Source: a virus. From it: 61,307 nt of DNA. The position numbers and the translations under genes are program-made. Positions 25,734 to 33,921 of the stretch are shown piece after piece. The stretch covers positions 1 through 61,307 of the IMG/VR virus record IMGVR_UViG_3300033475_000023, one strand, 5' to 3'. The stretch's first letter is position 1. Each line of letters opens with the position of its first letter. Below the pieces are notes generated by a model. The model had not been told where the DNA came from and searched no databases. It saw only the letters and a list, made by a program, of their open reading frames with translations.

Positions 25734-25939
25734 TGGGAAAGTGTTTGCTTGAAATAGTCCTTAATAATCCGTTTATAGAGATAAAGACGGACAAGATAAT
25801 TGATGTAGTGGAAAGTGTGTTTGAAGAAACCGGCAAAAGGATTAACTTTAAGCAGGCTGTTCTTTATTACAAAAACAACAGAGGGCAAGACAGGAAGCGC
25901 AAACTAAAAAATACATTTATGTTATGGCTAATAAATTAA
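25730..25939 (+). CDS. Hypothetical protein
   Basis: ORF track; ATGA overlap. Confidence 0.45.
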   Translation: MMGKCLLEIVLNNPFIEIKTDKIIDVVESVFEETGKRINFKQAVLYYKNNRGQDRKRKLKNTFMLWLIN

Positions 25940-26133
25940 CAGATGAAAGCTTAATGCCATTTGGCAAACATGCCGGTAAAAAAATGGTAGATGTACCACC
26001 TGATTATCTTTTATGGTATAAAGAACAAAAATGGGAAAAGAATAAACAGGTAATGGATTACATCAATGAAAACATGCAAGTGTTGTTACAGGAAATTGAC
26101 CTTGCTAATATAGCTAAGAATAAAAATGCTTGA
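25924..26133 (+). CDS. DUF3820-like protein
   Basis: 'MPFGKHAGKKMVDVPPDYLLWY' resembles the DUF3820 motif (from memory). Confidence 0.45.
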   Translation: MANKLTDESLMPFGKHAGKKMVDVPPDYLLWYKEQKWEKNKQVMDYINENMQVLLQEIDLANIAKNKNA

Positions 26134-26440
26134 AATATTATTTGAACCATATAGATATTCCAAATCATACTACGAAAAACACGCTAATTATAATGATTGG
26201 AATAATCAAAATAATACAATCAGGGATTTACGTGGCAGGCCCACAATATGGGCTAATGGAAAGAGAATAAAAATAACACCATTAGGTAGCTTAGATAAGG
26301 CATTTGATATTACTAACATTTCATGGCTAATAGAATGTGAAAACGTAATTACAGGAGAAATAATAAAACTACGCTGCGGATCAAAGTTTGGTGAAGATAC
26401 TTTAAAATCAAACTTGCCAAAAGCGGTTAAGTTCATATAA
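26126..26440 (+). CDS. Hypothetical protein
   Basis: ORF track. Confidence 0.5.
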   Translation: MLEILFEPYRYSKSYYEKHANYNDWNNQNNTIRDLRGRPTIWANGKRIKITPLGSLDKAFDITNISWLIECENVITGEIIKLRCGSKFGEDTLKSNLPKAVKFI

Positions 26441-26620
26441 ATGTATTATAACAAACTACAAAAGTTAGAATTGGTATTAGCTATAATCAACAAGGTTGAT
26501 GAAGAACTCAACAATGTTTTTAAAGAACCACAACCAGGTAATTATACACAGCAGGAAATAAAAAACCACCTTGAAAAGATTGCACATAACAGGTATAAAA
26601 AAAATAATATAAATAAGTAA
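26441..26620 (+). CDS. Small hypothetical protein (59 aa, below the track cutoff)
   Basis: ATG immediately follows the upstream TAA; 'MYYNKLQKLELVLAIINKVDEEL...'. Confidence 0.4.
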   Translation: MYYNKLQKLELVLAIINKVDEELNNVFKEPQPGNYTQQEIKNHLEKIAHNRYKKNNINK

Positions 26621-26647
26621 AAACATATAAAATTTTTATTATATTTG

Positions 26648-26794
26648 TATTCAGCAACGATGATAACAAAAAGGTATAACAATTAAAAAAGGGGGAAACA
26701 TGAAATAAGAAATTTTTAAGCATAATATATTAGGATATAAAATTTGATATTAATAGCCTCATAGCGCCATAGCCATAAACCGGCATGGCGTTTT
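26648..26794 (+). ncRNA. ORF-free transcript candidate between a -7 box (TATATTTG 26640-26647) and hairpin element 2
   Basis: No ORF above 10 codons; same promoter/hairpin architecture as the neighbouring small-gene cassettes. Confidence 0.25.
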
Positions 26795-26812
26795 GAGGTG
26801 AACAAAAAGAAC
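26757..26812 (+). repeat. Composite intercistronic hairpin element, copy 2
   Basis: 'cctca-tag-cgccatagcc-ataaacc-ggcatggcg-ttt-tgagg' followed by 'tgaacaaaaagaac'. Confidence 0.6.
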
Positions 26813-26822
26813 ACTTTTTAAC

Positions 26823-27002
26823 ATGAGCAGAAAAAACTATATTATAAATTTAAGTGTAATGTCAACAGATGAGTTGATAAGGGAGCACGAAAGCATTTCA
26901 GATATGTTACCACAACTAACATTAAGATGGCCGCTTTGGAAGGGGATGTTGGCCCTTGTTGAAGATGAAATGAACAAAAGGGTAGTAAACGCTTTACCTT
27001 AG
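26823..27002 (+). CDS. Small hypothetical protein (59 aa)
   Basis: ATG lies 24 nt after hairpin element 2; 'MSRKNYIINLSVMSTDELIREHE...'. Confidence 0.4.
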   Translation: MSRKNYIINLSVMSTDELIREHESISDMLPQLTLRWPLWKGMLALVEDEMNKRVVNALP

Positions 27003-27008
27003 ATTGCT

Positions 27009-27197
27009 ATGATATATACAAAATGCACCAACTGTCACAAAGGAACAGGATTTAAAATTTGCACTTGTGGCTATGATAAAGAACACGGTAAGATGCTGAA
27101 TAAAACTCAACGGTTTTTTAATAGATATTTTTGGCCGGGAATATTAATAGCATCCATATTATCAGCACTTGCAATAGTCCATTATATAAACAAATAA
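27009..27197 (+). CDS. Zn-finger plus C-terminal TM anchor protein
   Basis: 'CTNCHKGTGFKICTCG' and 'WPGILIASILSALAIV'. Confidence 0.5.
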   Translation: MIYTKCTNCHKGTGFKICTCGYDKEHGKMLNKTQRFFNRYFWPGILIASILSALAIVHYINK

Positions 27198-27216
27198 AAA
27201 ATATTTTATATTTTAT

Positions 27217-27247
27217 TTTGTAGTATAAAATTTTTATTATACATTTG
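27217..27247 (+). promoter_or_regulatory. Bacteroidota-type promoter (TTTG-N19-TAcaTTTG)
   Basis: TTTG at 27217-27220, TACATTTG at 27240-27247. Confidence 0.5.
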
Positions 27248-27288
27248 TTTCAACAAACAAACGTTATAAACTTTAAATTTTAGAAAAC

Positions 27289-27420
27289 ATGGAATTTGCA
27301 CAGTCATTCAAAACCATTTGGGAAACCACTTCAAAAGCCGGTAAAGCGCTGATAGTAGTAGTAGGGGTAGTTACAGCGGCATTAATTGTTGTTGCGGCTA
27401 TAACAGGCCCAAAATATTAA
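27289..27420 (+). CDS. 43-aa single-pass membrane peptide
   Basis: 'MEFAQSFKTIWETTSKAGKALIVVVGVVTAALIVVAAITGPKY'. Confidence 0.4.
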   Translation: MEFAQSFKTIWETTSKAGKALIVVVGVVTAALIVVAAITGPKY

Positions 27421-27492
27421 TAAAGTCCATTACAGCGCTTTATTTAAGCCCATAGCCACACAAGGCATGGGCTTTTAGTAGTACAAAAAGCA
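27421..27492 (+). repeat. Composite intercistronic hairpin element, copy 3
   Basis: 'TAAAGTCC' ... 'aagcccatagcc-acacaa-ggcatgggctt' followed by 'ttagtagtacaaaaagcac'. Confidence 0.6.
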
Positions 27493-27509
27493 CTTAATTT
27501 TAATAACAA

Positions 27510-27785
27510 ATGGCAAAAGCAACTTACAGCTATAAGGTCCAGAATGATTTTATTATCATAACAGACCAAGATTGCGGGGGAATGTCAGTTACCAACGACA
27601 TTGAAAACGTAATTAAAGAAATAGAACAAGCGGAAAATATTGACGCGTGTAACTATCACATTATTTATAGAGATAGCATGGGATTATGGGATGGGTTTGA
27701 CGCTTACAGTCAAGAGTTTATTTCACTATGTGAGCTTAATGAAGAAAACGCTATTAACCACTTTAATAAACTTTTAAAGGTTTGA
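27510..27785 (+). CDS. Hypothetical protein
   Basis: ORF track. Confidence 0.55.
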   Translation: MAKATYSYKVQNDFIIITDQDCGGMSVTNDIENVIKEIEQAENIDACNYHIIYRDSMGLWDGFDAYSQEFISLCELNEENAINHFNKLLKV

Positions 27786-28057
27786 AAAGATACAGTATAC
27801 AAAAGCAACCGGCAATACTTGAATTGAAAAAACAGATTGCTTTAAAGATTAAAAGGGATAAAGATTTCATTTTGCTTAACGATAAAATGCCTTATTCATG
27901 GTTTGGTGTTTTAAAAATAAACGAGCAAAACATAATACAAGTTGAATTTAAAAACTTTATAATACTCAAAGGTGTAAATTACGTTCACATTAGGGATGGG
28001 TTTAGAAAGCACTTAACAATAAAAGAACTAAAAGAGCTTAACGAATTACTAACATGA
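27782..28057 (+). CDS. Hypothetical protein (TTG start as given by the track)
   Basis: ORF track; no nearby ATG alternative. Confidence 0.45.
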   Translation: MKRYSIQKQPAILELKKQIALKIKRDKDFILLNDKMPYSWFGVLKINEQNIIQVEFKNFIILKGVNYVHIRDGFRKHLTIKELKELNELLT

Positions 28058-28221
28058 AAAAATACATACTAACAGAGGTTGTGATAGCCATAATTTTATT
28101 GGCTTTGCAACTAACAAATAAAATACAAACAGGCCAGGCATTCCTTTTAATGTTTTGCCTTTCAGGTGTAATAATTATTTACTTATCAATAAAGAAAAAT
28201 GGCAAAAGAAGCTACAGCTAA
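28054..28221 (+). CDS. 55-aa 2-TM membrane peptide
   Basis: ATGA overlap; 'MKKYILTEVVIAIILLALQL...FLLMFCLSGVIIIYL'. Confidence 0.35.
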   Translation: MKKYILTEVVIAIILLALQLTNKIQTGQAFLLMFCLSGVIIIYLSIKKNGKRSYS

Positions 28222-29119
28222 AAAACGCGATATGTATAGCGGCGCGTGGATAACCGAAAATGCTATCAAAATAATTAAGCGTTACGAAAAAGGTGTTTTA
28301 ACATTGCGCGCGCTGCATTACCAACTTGTAGCCATTGGAATGACCAACACCATACAGCACTATAAACGTGTTGTAAATGCAATGATTGAAGCCAGGTGGA
28401 ACGGCCTTGTAGATTTTGCTGCATTTAGTGACCACGACCGCGAAGTTTTAGGCATCACAGATTATGTTGAAACAAATGTTGATGATGCAATATCAGAAGC
28501 CAAAAAAAGTATTGAAAGTTGGATGAAGTACTACTTTAAAAACAAGTGGGAAAACCAACCTATTTACCCAGAGGTATGGATTGAAAAGAAAGCATTGCAG
28601 GGCGTATTCCAAAGACCTTGCCAAAACCAGAGAGTAGCACTTGCACCGTGTAAAGGCTACCCATCATTAACGTTCTTGTATGAAGCAACCAAACGTTTTG
28701 AAGCCGCTGAATTTGCCGGTAAAAGGGTAGTGATACTTTACTTTGGTGACTATGATGCAAGTGGCGAAGATATACCGCGTAGCATTTACGAAAACTTTAA
28801 AAAGTTTGGCCTTGAAATAGAGGTTAAACGCATAGCATTAAAAGAAGAACAGGTTATAGAGTGGAACTTACCACCCGCGCCAACAAAATCAACAGATACC
28901 AGGGCGGCAAATTGGGACGGTTTAGGACAGGTGGAATTGGATGCTGTGGATATGAACCAACTAAGGCAATTATGTACTGACGCAATAAATGAACTATTTG
29001 ATGATGACCTATACGATGAACTTAACGAGCAGGAAACAACTGAGCGCACCCAATACGTGCGTGAACTTAAACAGTTTGTTAGCAACATGGATATTGACTT
29101 AGACGAAAATGAAGAATAA
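28199..29119 (+). CDS. Spo11 / topoisomerase VI-A-like protein (winged-helix 5Y-CAP-like plus Toprim; 'mini-A'-type)
   Basis: 'LTLRALHYQLV' (Tyr region), 'EVWIEKKALQGVF' (Toprim Glu), 'CKGYPSLTFLYEATKRF', 'ILYFGDYDASGEDI' (DxD) follow the Topo VI-A order. Confidence 0.5.
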   Translation: MAKEATAKKRDMYSGAWITENAIKIIKRYEKGVLTLRALHYQLVAIGMTNTIQHYKRVVNAMIEARWNGLVDFAAFSDHDREVLGITDYVETNVDDAISEAKKSIESWMKYYFKNKWENQPIYPEVWIEKKALQGVFQRPCQNQRVALAPCKGYPSLTFLYEATKRFEAAEFAGKRVVILYFGDYDASGEDIPRSIYENFKKFGLEIEVKRIALKEEQVIEWNLPPAPTKSTDTRAANWDGLGQVELDAVDMNQLRQLCTDAINELFDDDLYDELNEQETTERTQYVRELKQFVSNMDIDLDENEE

Positions 29120-29337
29120 TGGGAAGTGGAAATAAAATTAACGACTTCAAACCGGGTGATAGTGTGGTTTATGTTCCTACGCACGCGCAAACAATTCCAA
29201 TGACATGGAGTAAAGATGCAGAACCAGGTATTGTAAAAAGATGCAATGAACATACAGTATTTGTAAATTACATCAAGAACGGTATTTTGCAAGAAACGGC
29301 ACAAGGCACAGACCCTAATGATTTATGGCATAACTAA
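29119..29337 (+). CDS. Hypothetical protein
   Basis: ORF track; TAATG junction. Confidence 0.5.
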   Translation: MGSGNKINDFKPGDSVVYVPTHAQTIPMTWSKDAEPGIVKRCNEHTVFVNYIKNGILQETAQGTDPNDLWHN

Positions 29338-29342
29338 AATTT

Positions 29343-29699
29343 ATGGATAAGATAAAGACAGTTCCAATAACAGATAATATACGATGCTACGTTGAAACAA
29401 ACGGAAACACAATATTTATTTACCTGCAAGAGCGTAGAAAGCATTGGTATGGGTGGACGTGGGATAAAATATATTTTACTGAGGCTTATGAATTAAGCTT
29501 AAACTATAATAGAGATACAGGATTAAGATTAGAAACAATGTTTGAGGGTAGAATTGGACACGCTGATTTACACATACGTAAGGCCGATGAATTTGACTTA
29601 GAAACTGAAATAGCAAAGCTATTCAACAGGTATATGGATGCAGTCAAATACAGGAAAGAAGTTGATGAAGCAATTCAAAAAGCATTTGATAAAATATAA
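29343..29699 (+). CDS. Hypothetical protein
   Basis: ORF track. Confidence 0.55.
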   Translation: MDKIKTVPITDNIRCYVETNGNTIFIYLQERRKHWYGWTWDKIYFTEAYELSLNYNRDTGLRLETMFEGRIGHADLHIRKADEFDLETEIAKLFNRYMDAVKYRKEVDEAIQKAFDKI

Positions 29700-29703
29700 A
29701 ATT

Positions 29704-29922
29704 ATGGAGAAGATTTTACCAAGAATAGAAAAGCCGGTTATACACGTTTTTAGGGGTACGGATAACAAAATGACAATTCATACCAATGAAAAAATAAAAG
29801 CCGGTGACGAAATAAACATATGGAACGATAAGGTAATAGTACTTAAGGTACAGAGGTTTGAAAAGTCAACTATCTACCAAAACGCAAATTTTTACGAATT
29901 AGAATTTCAAAAAATAAATTAA
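29704..29922 (+). CDS. Hypothetical protein (first ATG after the upstream stop)
   Basis: ORF track frame; start adjusted from 29638. Confidence 0.5.
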   Translation: MEKILPRIEKPVIHVFRGTDNKMTIHTNEKIKAGDEINIWNDKVIVLKVQRFEKSTIYQNANFYELEFQKIN

Positions 29923-29929
29923 AATAAAA

Positions 29930-30175
29930 ATGGATACACAAAACACAATGAAATCATCAGATGGTGAACTTTTAGCGGAAAAAGTAATGGGTGAATTAGC
30001 TTCATATTCACATGTAGACCAAGTGCTATTTTTTAGGAGCATTCAATCACGTTTAATTGAACACCGTAAAGAAAGAGCACAATCACAAGGCGAATATGCA
30101 AAACAACAAGCCTGCATATTACAAGAAATTCAACAAGGTACTGACTTGATAGCAGCCGGTTTACCACAACAATGA
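29930..30175 (+). CDS. Hypothetical protein
   Basis: ORF track. Confidence 0.5.
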   Translation: MDTQNTMKSSDGELLAEKVMGELASYSHVDQVLFFRSIQSRLIEHRKERAQSQGEYAKQQACILQEIQQGTDLIAAGLPQQ

Positions 30176-30182
30176 TAAAAAA

Positions 30183-30410
30183 ATGAGCGGTATATTATCA
30201 CAAAACGAATTGAACGCCTTACAAGGTAAGCGTGATGATTTGCAAAGGGAAATTAACTCATACGGGAAAGAAAAAGTAGACTTTAGCGTATTTGTTAAGA
30301 CAAAAGAAGAACGACAGGATGTTAAACAGGCCAAAAGCTATTTTAAACGTTCGGGTTTATTGCAGCAATGGAACGAAAGGAACAGGCCAGGTAACAACAA
30401 AAATGAGTAA
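30183..30410 (+). CDS. Hypothetical protein
   Basis: ORF track. Confidence 0.5.
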   Translation: MSGILSQNELNALQGKRDDLQREINSYGKEKVDFSVFVKTKEERQDVKQAKSYFKRSGLLQQWNERNRPGNNKNE

Positions 30411-30651
30411 GCCATTAAGCATTAGAACCCCAACAAAAATTAAAGCAATGAAATTAGATTTAATTAAGAAAACGTTGTATAAAGAAAAACCAACAGCCAA
30501 ATTAAATAACATAGGCAAACTTTTTTATAGATTTTTGGCTCAAACATCAATTGGTGAAATTGAATTTCATGTTCCAGTTTCAGAAATGGGCGAAATACCT
30601 TTTGGCGATACAGAACAAGCGCAATTATTAATCAGGTGGATAGTGTTATGA
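30403..30651 (+). CDS. Hypothetical protein (start adjusted from 30292)
   Basis: ATG 30403 overlaps the upstream stop by 8 nt. Confidence 0.5.
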   Translation: MSKPLSIRTPTKIKAMKLDLIKKTLYKEKPTAKLNNIGKLFYRFLAQTSIGEIEFHVPVSEMGEIPFGDTEQAQLLIRWIVL

Positions 30652-30737
30652 GAGATTTAATATTATTATTAATTGGGTTTGGTGTTGGATGCTTTTATTG
30701 TATAGCAGCATTGGTATTATTTAAAAAAGATAAATAA
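30648..30737 (+). CDS. 29-aa membrane peptide
   Basis: ATGA overlap; 'MRDLILLLIGFGVGCFYCIAALVLFKKDK'. Confidence 0.3.
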   Translation: MRDLILLLIGFGVGCFYCIAALVLFKKDK

Positions 30738-30739
30738 CA

Positions 30740-31081
30740 ATGAGTACAAAATCAGATATAGTTTGGGGTGCAAATGATATACGTGTGTATAGTGATTGTT
30801 CACTTCCAAGAATAGTATGGGGCAAGCATATTGGAGATGATGTAATTGTAATTATAGAAAAAAACATCATAAAGCAATTAACAGTTACCCTTGAAGAAAA
30901 TCCAACAACGATTAAAATAATGTTTACGACAGGCTCGGAAGCATTTAAAGCAATAGGATGTTGTATGCAAATACCATGCTATGATGTTGATGAATTTGAA
31001 ATGGATGATACAGATTTAACTATTGTTATAAAAGGCGGCTCAACTACCGCTAAAAACTTTTTTAATAAAAAATTTATTTAA
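30740..31081 (+). CDS. Hypothetical protein
   Basis: ORF track. Confidence 0.55.
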   Translation: MSTKSDIVWGANDIRVYSDCSLPRIVWGKHIGDDVIVIIEKNIIKQLTVTLEENPTTIKIMFTTGSEAFKAIGCCMQIPCYDVDEFEMDDTDLTIVIKGGSTTAKNFFNKKFI

Positions 31082-31093
31082 AAACATTCAACA

Positions 31094-31259
31094 AAGGGGC
31101 TAAGACTTCGGCGCTTAGTGAGTATGTTGGCAAAGCCGGATAAAAAAGGGAGTTAGCCAGTCATCAAGTAGGAGATTTACGGAACAAGCCGAAGCTGCTT
31201 TTGAATACTTGATGTACTTCCGCGTATTAGCCTTGTATAGAAATATGCGGGGCTTTTTT
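31094..31259 (+). ncRNA. Structured ORF-free RNA candidate (3' UTR element or sRNA) ending in an intrinsic terminator
   Basis: C(UUCG)G hairpin inside ctaag/cttag (31100-31118). Perfect 9-bp stem catcaagta/tacttgatg (31162-31170 / 31207-31215). Terminator ccgcgtatt/aatatgcgg plus T6 (31220-31259). Confidence 0.3.
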
Positions 31260-31298
31260 AATCAACAAAAAAATAAATAAAAAATATTTTATAAAAAG

Positions 31299-31330
31299 TT
31301 TGGTAGTTTATAAAATTAATTTTATATTTG
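31299..31330 (+). promoter_or_regulatory. Bacteroidota-type promoter (TTTG-N20-TAtaTTTG)
   Basis: TTTG at 31299-31302, TATATTTG at 31323-31330. Confidence 0.55.
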
Positions 31331-31352
31331 TTCAACAAAACAAACAAACATT

Positions 31353-31655
31353 ATGAACACACAGTCACAAAACATTCAGAACATTGCAGACTTAGTAACC
31401 GTACTAATGTTGAACGACAAAAAATTTGATATGTCTACAGTTGAACATTGCACCACTATTGAGATGCAAGAAACAGGCTTATCATTTAGACCAATAAATG
31501 ACGTTATCACAGACAGTAATGTAGACATTGATGATGACGTACAGGTTTGGTTTTCAAAGTTTGAGGACACAGAAGATTACTTCTTTGACGCCATTAACGC
31601 CGTAAACATCACAGAGAGTAAAATACAATCATTAGTTAACCTTTGTATAGCTTAA
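31353..31655 (+). CDS. Hypothetical acidic protein
   Basis: ORF track. Confidence 0.55.
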   Translation: MNTQSQNIQNIADLVTVLMLNDKKFDMSTVEHCTTIEMQETGLSFRPINDVITDSNVDIDDDVQVWFSKFEDTEDYFFDAINAVNITESKIQSLVNLCIA

Positions 31656-31657
31656 TC

Positions 31658-31813
31658 ATGAAAACAACTTATAGGCACGATTTAAAGGCTCAAGCGTTTG
31701 CCCGATTACAAGACTATAGAACAGATTACAAAGAAGCAGATCATACCAAAACACAGCGATTTGCTAAAGCGTTCATGAGGCAAGAATTAGCCTTTATAAA
31801 GCAATTAAGATAA
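31658..31813 (+). CDS. Small hypothetical protein (51 aa)
   Basis: 'MKTTYRHDLKAQAFARLQDY...'; starts 2 nt after the upstream stop. Confidence 0.35.
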   Translation: MKTTYRHDLKAQAFARLQDYRTDYKEADHTKTQRFAKAFMRQELAFIKQLR

Positions 31814-32027
31814 TATCATTTAGGTGATAGGGCAGTAATAACTATTATAGTTAAAATACTATAAAGTACTTATATGAAGCTATTCAAAAAAGCTGAGGTA
31901 ACTGTGTGTGGCAACTCAAAGCATTTATGAGATTTATCTACGTAGATGATGCTATATAAGAATTACTGCTTAAACCAACAACTCAACAAATCTAAAGTAG
32001 TTGAGGTGATAAAACAAACAAACAAAA

Positions 32028-32345
32028 ATGAAAAAACCTTGTAAAGAATGCCCTTACTTAAAGAATAGTTTACCAGGCTATTTAGGTGATGCAAGTTACT
32101 ACCCTGAATTATTTTTAAACCAACTTGAAACACCAGTGTTGCACCCATGCCATACGGCAATAAATTGGGAAGAAGCAACAGCGGAAGAAATTGAAAACGC
32201 ACCAATTTGCACCGGCGCGCTACAGTTCATGAACAATACCTGCAAAAGTTCAAGGTATGGGGGTACAAGGACCAAACAACATCAGGCCGGTAAAAACGCC
32301 AATGTGTTTGACCGTAGAAGTGAATTTATAAAACACCATTCTTAA
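32028..32345 (+). CDS. Cys-rich protein
   Basis: 'PCKECPY...HPCH...CTGALQF'. Confidence 0.55.
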   Translation: MKKPCKECPYLKNSLPGYLGDASYYPELFLNQLETPVLHPCHTAINWEEATAEEIENAPICTGALQFMNNTCKSSRYGGTRTKQHQAGKNANVFDRRSEFIKHHS

Positions 32346-32348
32346 AAT

Positions 32349-32675
32349 ATGAAAAAACTTATAATACTTTTAGCCGTATTATTAACCGGCTGCACAGCCA
32401 ACCTAAGCAAAGGTTATAGAATGTGCGATAGCGCTGATAAGTGTTACGACAGCGTTAAGAAATACCAAAAACTATCATGGCAGGAATTACAAAACCATGA
32501 GCCACTTGCGTCTGAAATTTGTGATGCTCAAGAAGATGTTTGGCTTGATAAAATGCAGGCGTATGCTGATAGTATGAAGTTTTATTATGACCATAAATAT
32601 GAACTTAAATTAGCAATCAAAAAAGATACATTTAAGGTTGATACTTTTATAATTACCGGGCAAAAAAATCAATAA
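32349..32675 (+). CDS. Lipoprotein
   Basis: 'MKKLIILLAVLLTGC' (lipobox LTGC). Confidence 0.65.
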   Translation: MKKLIILLAVLLTGCTANLSKGYRMCDSADKCYDSVKKYQKLSWQELQNHEPLASEICDAQEDVWLDKMQAYADSMKFYYDHKYELKLAIKKDTFKVDTFIITGQKNQ

Positions 32676-32680
32676 AAAAA

Positions 32681-33331
32681 ATGAAAACATACATCCCATT
32701 TAAAGAAGGCGATAACTGGAAGCTGAAAGAAGAAAATCCTATTTTAAACCCTTTCATAGAACATTCATGGGATGACTTTGAAAACTGGCCTGATAAAACA
32801 CATGATAATTGTGATGGATTGGAGTGGGCTAAACTATTTAACAAATTTGAAACAGAAGCCATTGCCAACGCACGTATCCTAATCAACCATGTAGAGGGTA
32901 AGGATAGGTATGAAGAAAGTGAGTTGAAGCCTGTTTGGCGTTATTACAATGACGTTTATAAACACGAAAATGGAAATATAGGCCAATGGTTTACACTTTT
33001 AAGTGAGCCTGTTGGAAGCCAATTTAAATATGAATTAGTTTGGCAGTACATCGGCAACCATGAAAAGGTTATTGAAGTCACTTCAGGTAAAGACTTTTTA
33101 GATAAAATAGTTTCTGAAAAATCAGACTTTCATGATATAATTCATATTGAAGGCAAGTCTGAAGATTATATAAGTATCAGCTATGCGTACCAAGCGGTTC
33201 AAGCCGAACAACAGCGCATTCTATCATTGATTAGTGAACGTAAAGCGGTTTTTAATAAACTCAATATTCCAGAAAGTAGCCCTATAATTGATGAATTAAC
33301 TTTTTTTGAAACCAAAATACAGGAACCATGA
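32681..33331 (+). CDS. Hypothetical protein
   Basis: ORF track. Confidence 0.6.
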   Translation: MKTYIPFKEGDNWKLKEENPILNPFIEHSWDDFENWPDKTHDNCDGLEWAKLFNKFETEAIANARILINHVEGKDRYEESELKPVWRYYNDVYKHENGNIGQWFTLLSEPVGSQFKYELVWQYIGNHEKVIEVTSGKDFLDKIVSEKSDFHDIIHIEGKSEDYISISYAYQAVQAEQQRILSLISERKAVFNKLNIPESSPIIDELTFFETKIQEP

Positions 33332-33459
33332 AAGAACGATTTTATATAGAAAATTCAGGTAAACAGTTTTTAAAGTTTGAAACCGAAGCTCATATCAAAG
33401 ATACTTTAAACGAAGATTGTACTATTATAGTTCAATCCGGGTACTCAACTTTAAAGTAA
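33328..33459 (+). CDS. Small hypothetical protein (43 aa)
   Basis: ATGA overlap; 'MKERFYIENSGKQFLKFETEAH...'. Confidence 0.35.
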   Translation: MKERFYIENSGKQFLKFETEAHIKDTLNEDCTIIVQSGYSTLK

Positions 33460-33496
33460 ACAGACGAATATGCAGAAATTATCTTATCAATATTAA

Positions 33497-33661
33497 ATGC
33501 AAATGACAGAACAACAAGTGTGTGAGTTACTCGGAGTAAAGCACGCAAGCGATATACAGCAAAAAATCTATAATGGCCATAGGCATCTTATAAACGCTTC
33601 GGATATTATTAACGTCATTCGGTTTTTAAATGAAAATGGATTTACAGTAACCAAACTTTAA
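33497..33661 (+). CDS. Small hypothetical protein (54 aa), possibly HTH-like
   Basis: 'MQMTEQQVCELLGVKHASDIQQKI...'. Confidence 0.35.
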   Translation: MQMTEQQVCELLGVKHASDIQQKIYNGHRHLINASDIINVIRFLNENGFTVTKL

Positions 33662-33663
33662 CC

Positions 33664-33876
33664 ATGAACGATATTGCAGAAAATAACCGATTGAAGCAAC
33701 AGACCGAAAAGCAAAAATATAGTAAGTCTCCGTTATGCGGCTATCGTAAACCAGAACGTGAAGAAATCAACGGCCCATTATTTTGCAGATGCACAATACC
33801 AACGTTAACGTCTAATTACGATATAGGCCCCGGCGCTGCATCGTGCATGAGATGCGGTTTCGCCTATTATCATTGA
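33664..33876 (+). CDS. Cys-rich small protein
   Basis: ORF track; 'CRCT...CMRCG'. Confidence 0.5.
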   Translation: MNDIAENNRLKQQTEKQKYSKSPLCGYRKPEREEINGPLFCRCTIPTLTSNYDIGPGAASCMRCGFAYYH

Positions 33877-33921
33877 AGCCACTTACACAGCAGTAGTACA
33901 ATTCATTAAACAAAATAAAGT

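Noticed and set aside
31131-31152. 'caaagccggataaaaaagggag' resembles, from memory, the conserved 'AAGCCCGGAUAAAAGUGGAGGG' segment of twister self-cleaving ribozymes
   Set aside because: I could not build the required P1/P2 helices or the T1/T2 pseudoknots from the flanking sequence. There is no upstream CCGG partner at the right distance, and no matching GCC/GGG pairs. I therefore treat it as a chance similarity unless an Infernal scan says otherwise.
33328-33525. A third apparent in-frame TAA (33457-33459) followed by 21 open codons
   Set aside because: The downstream open stretch is short enough to arise by chance, and the next gene (ATG 33497) already explains most of the interval.
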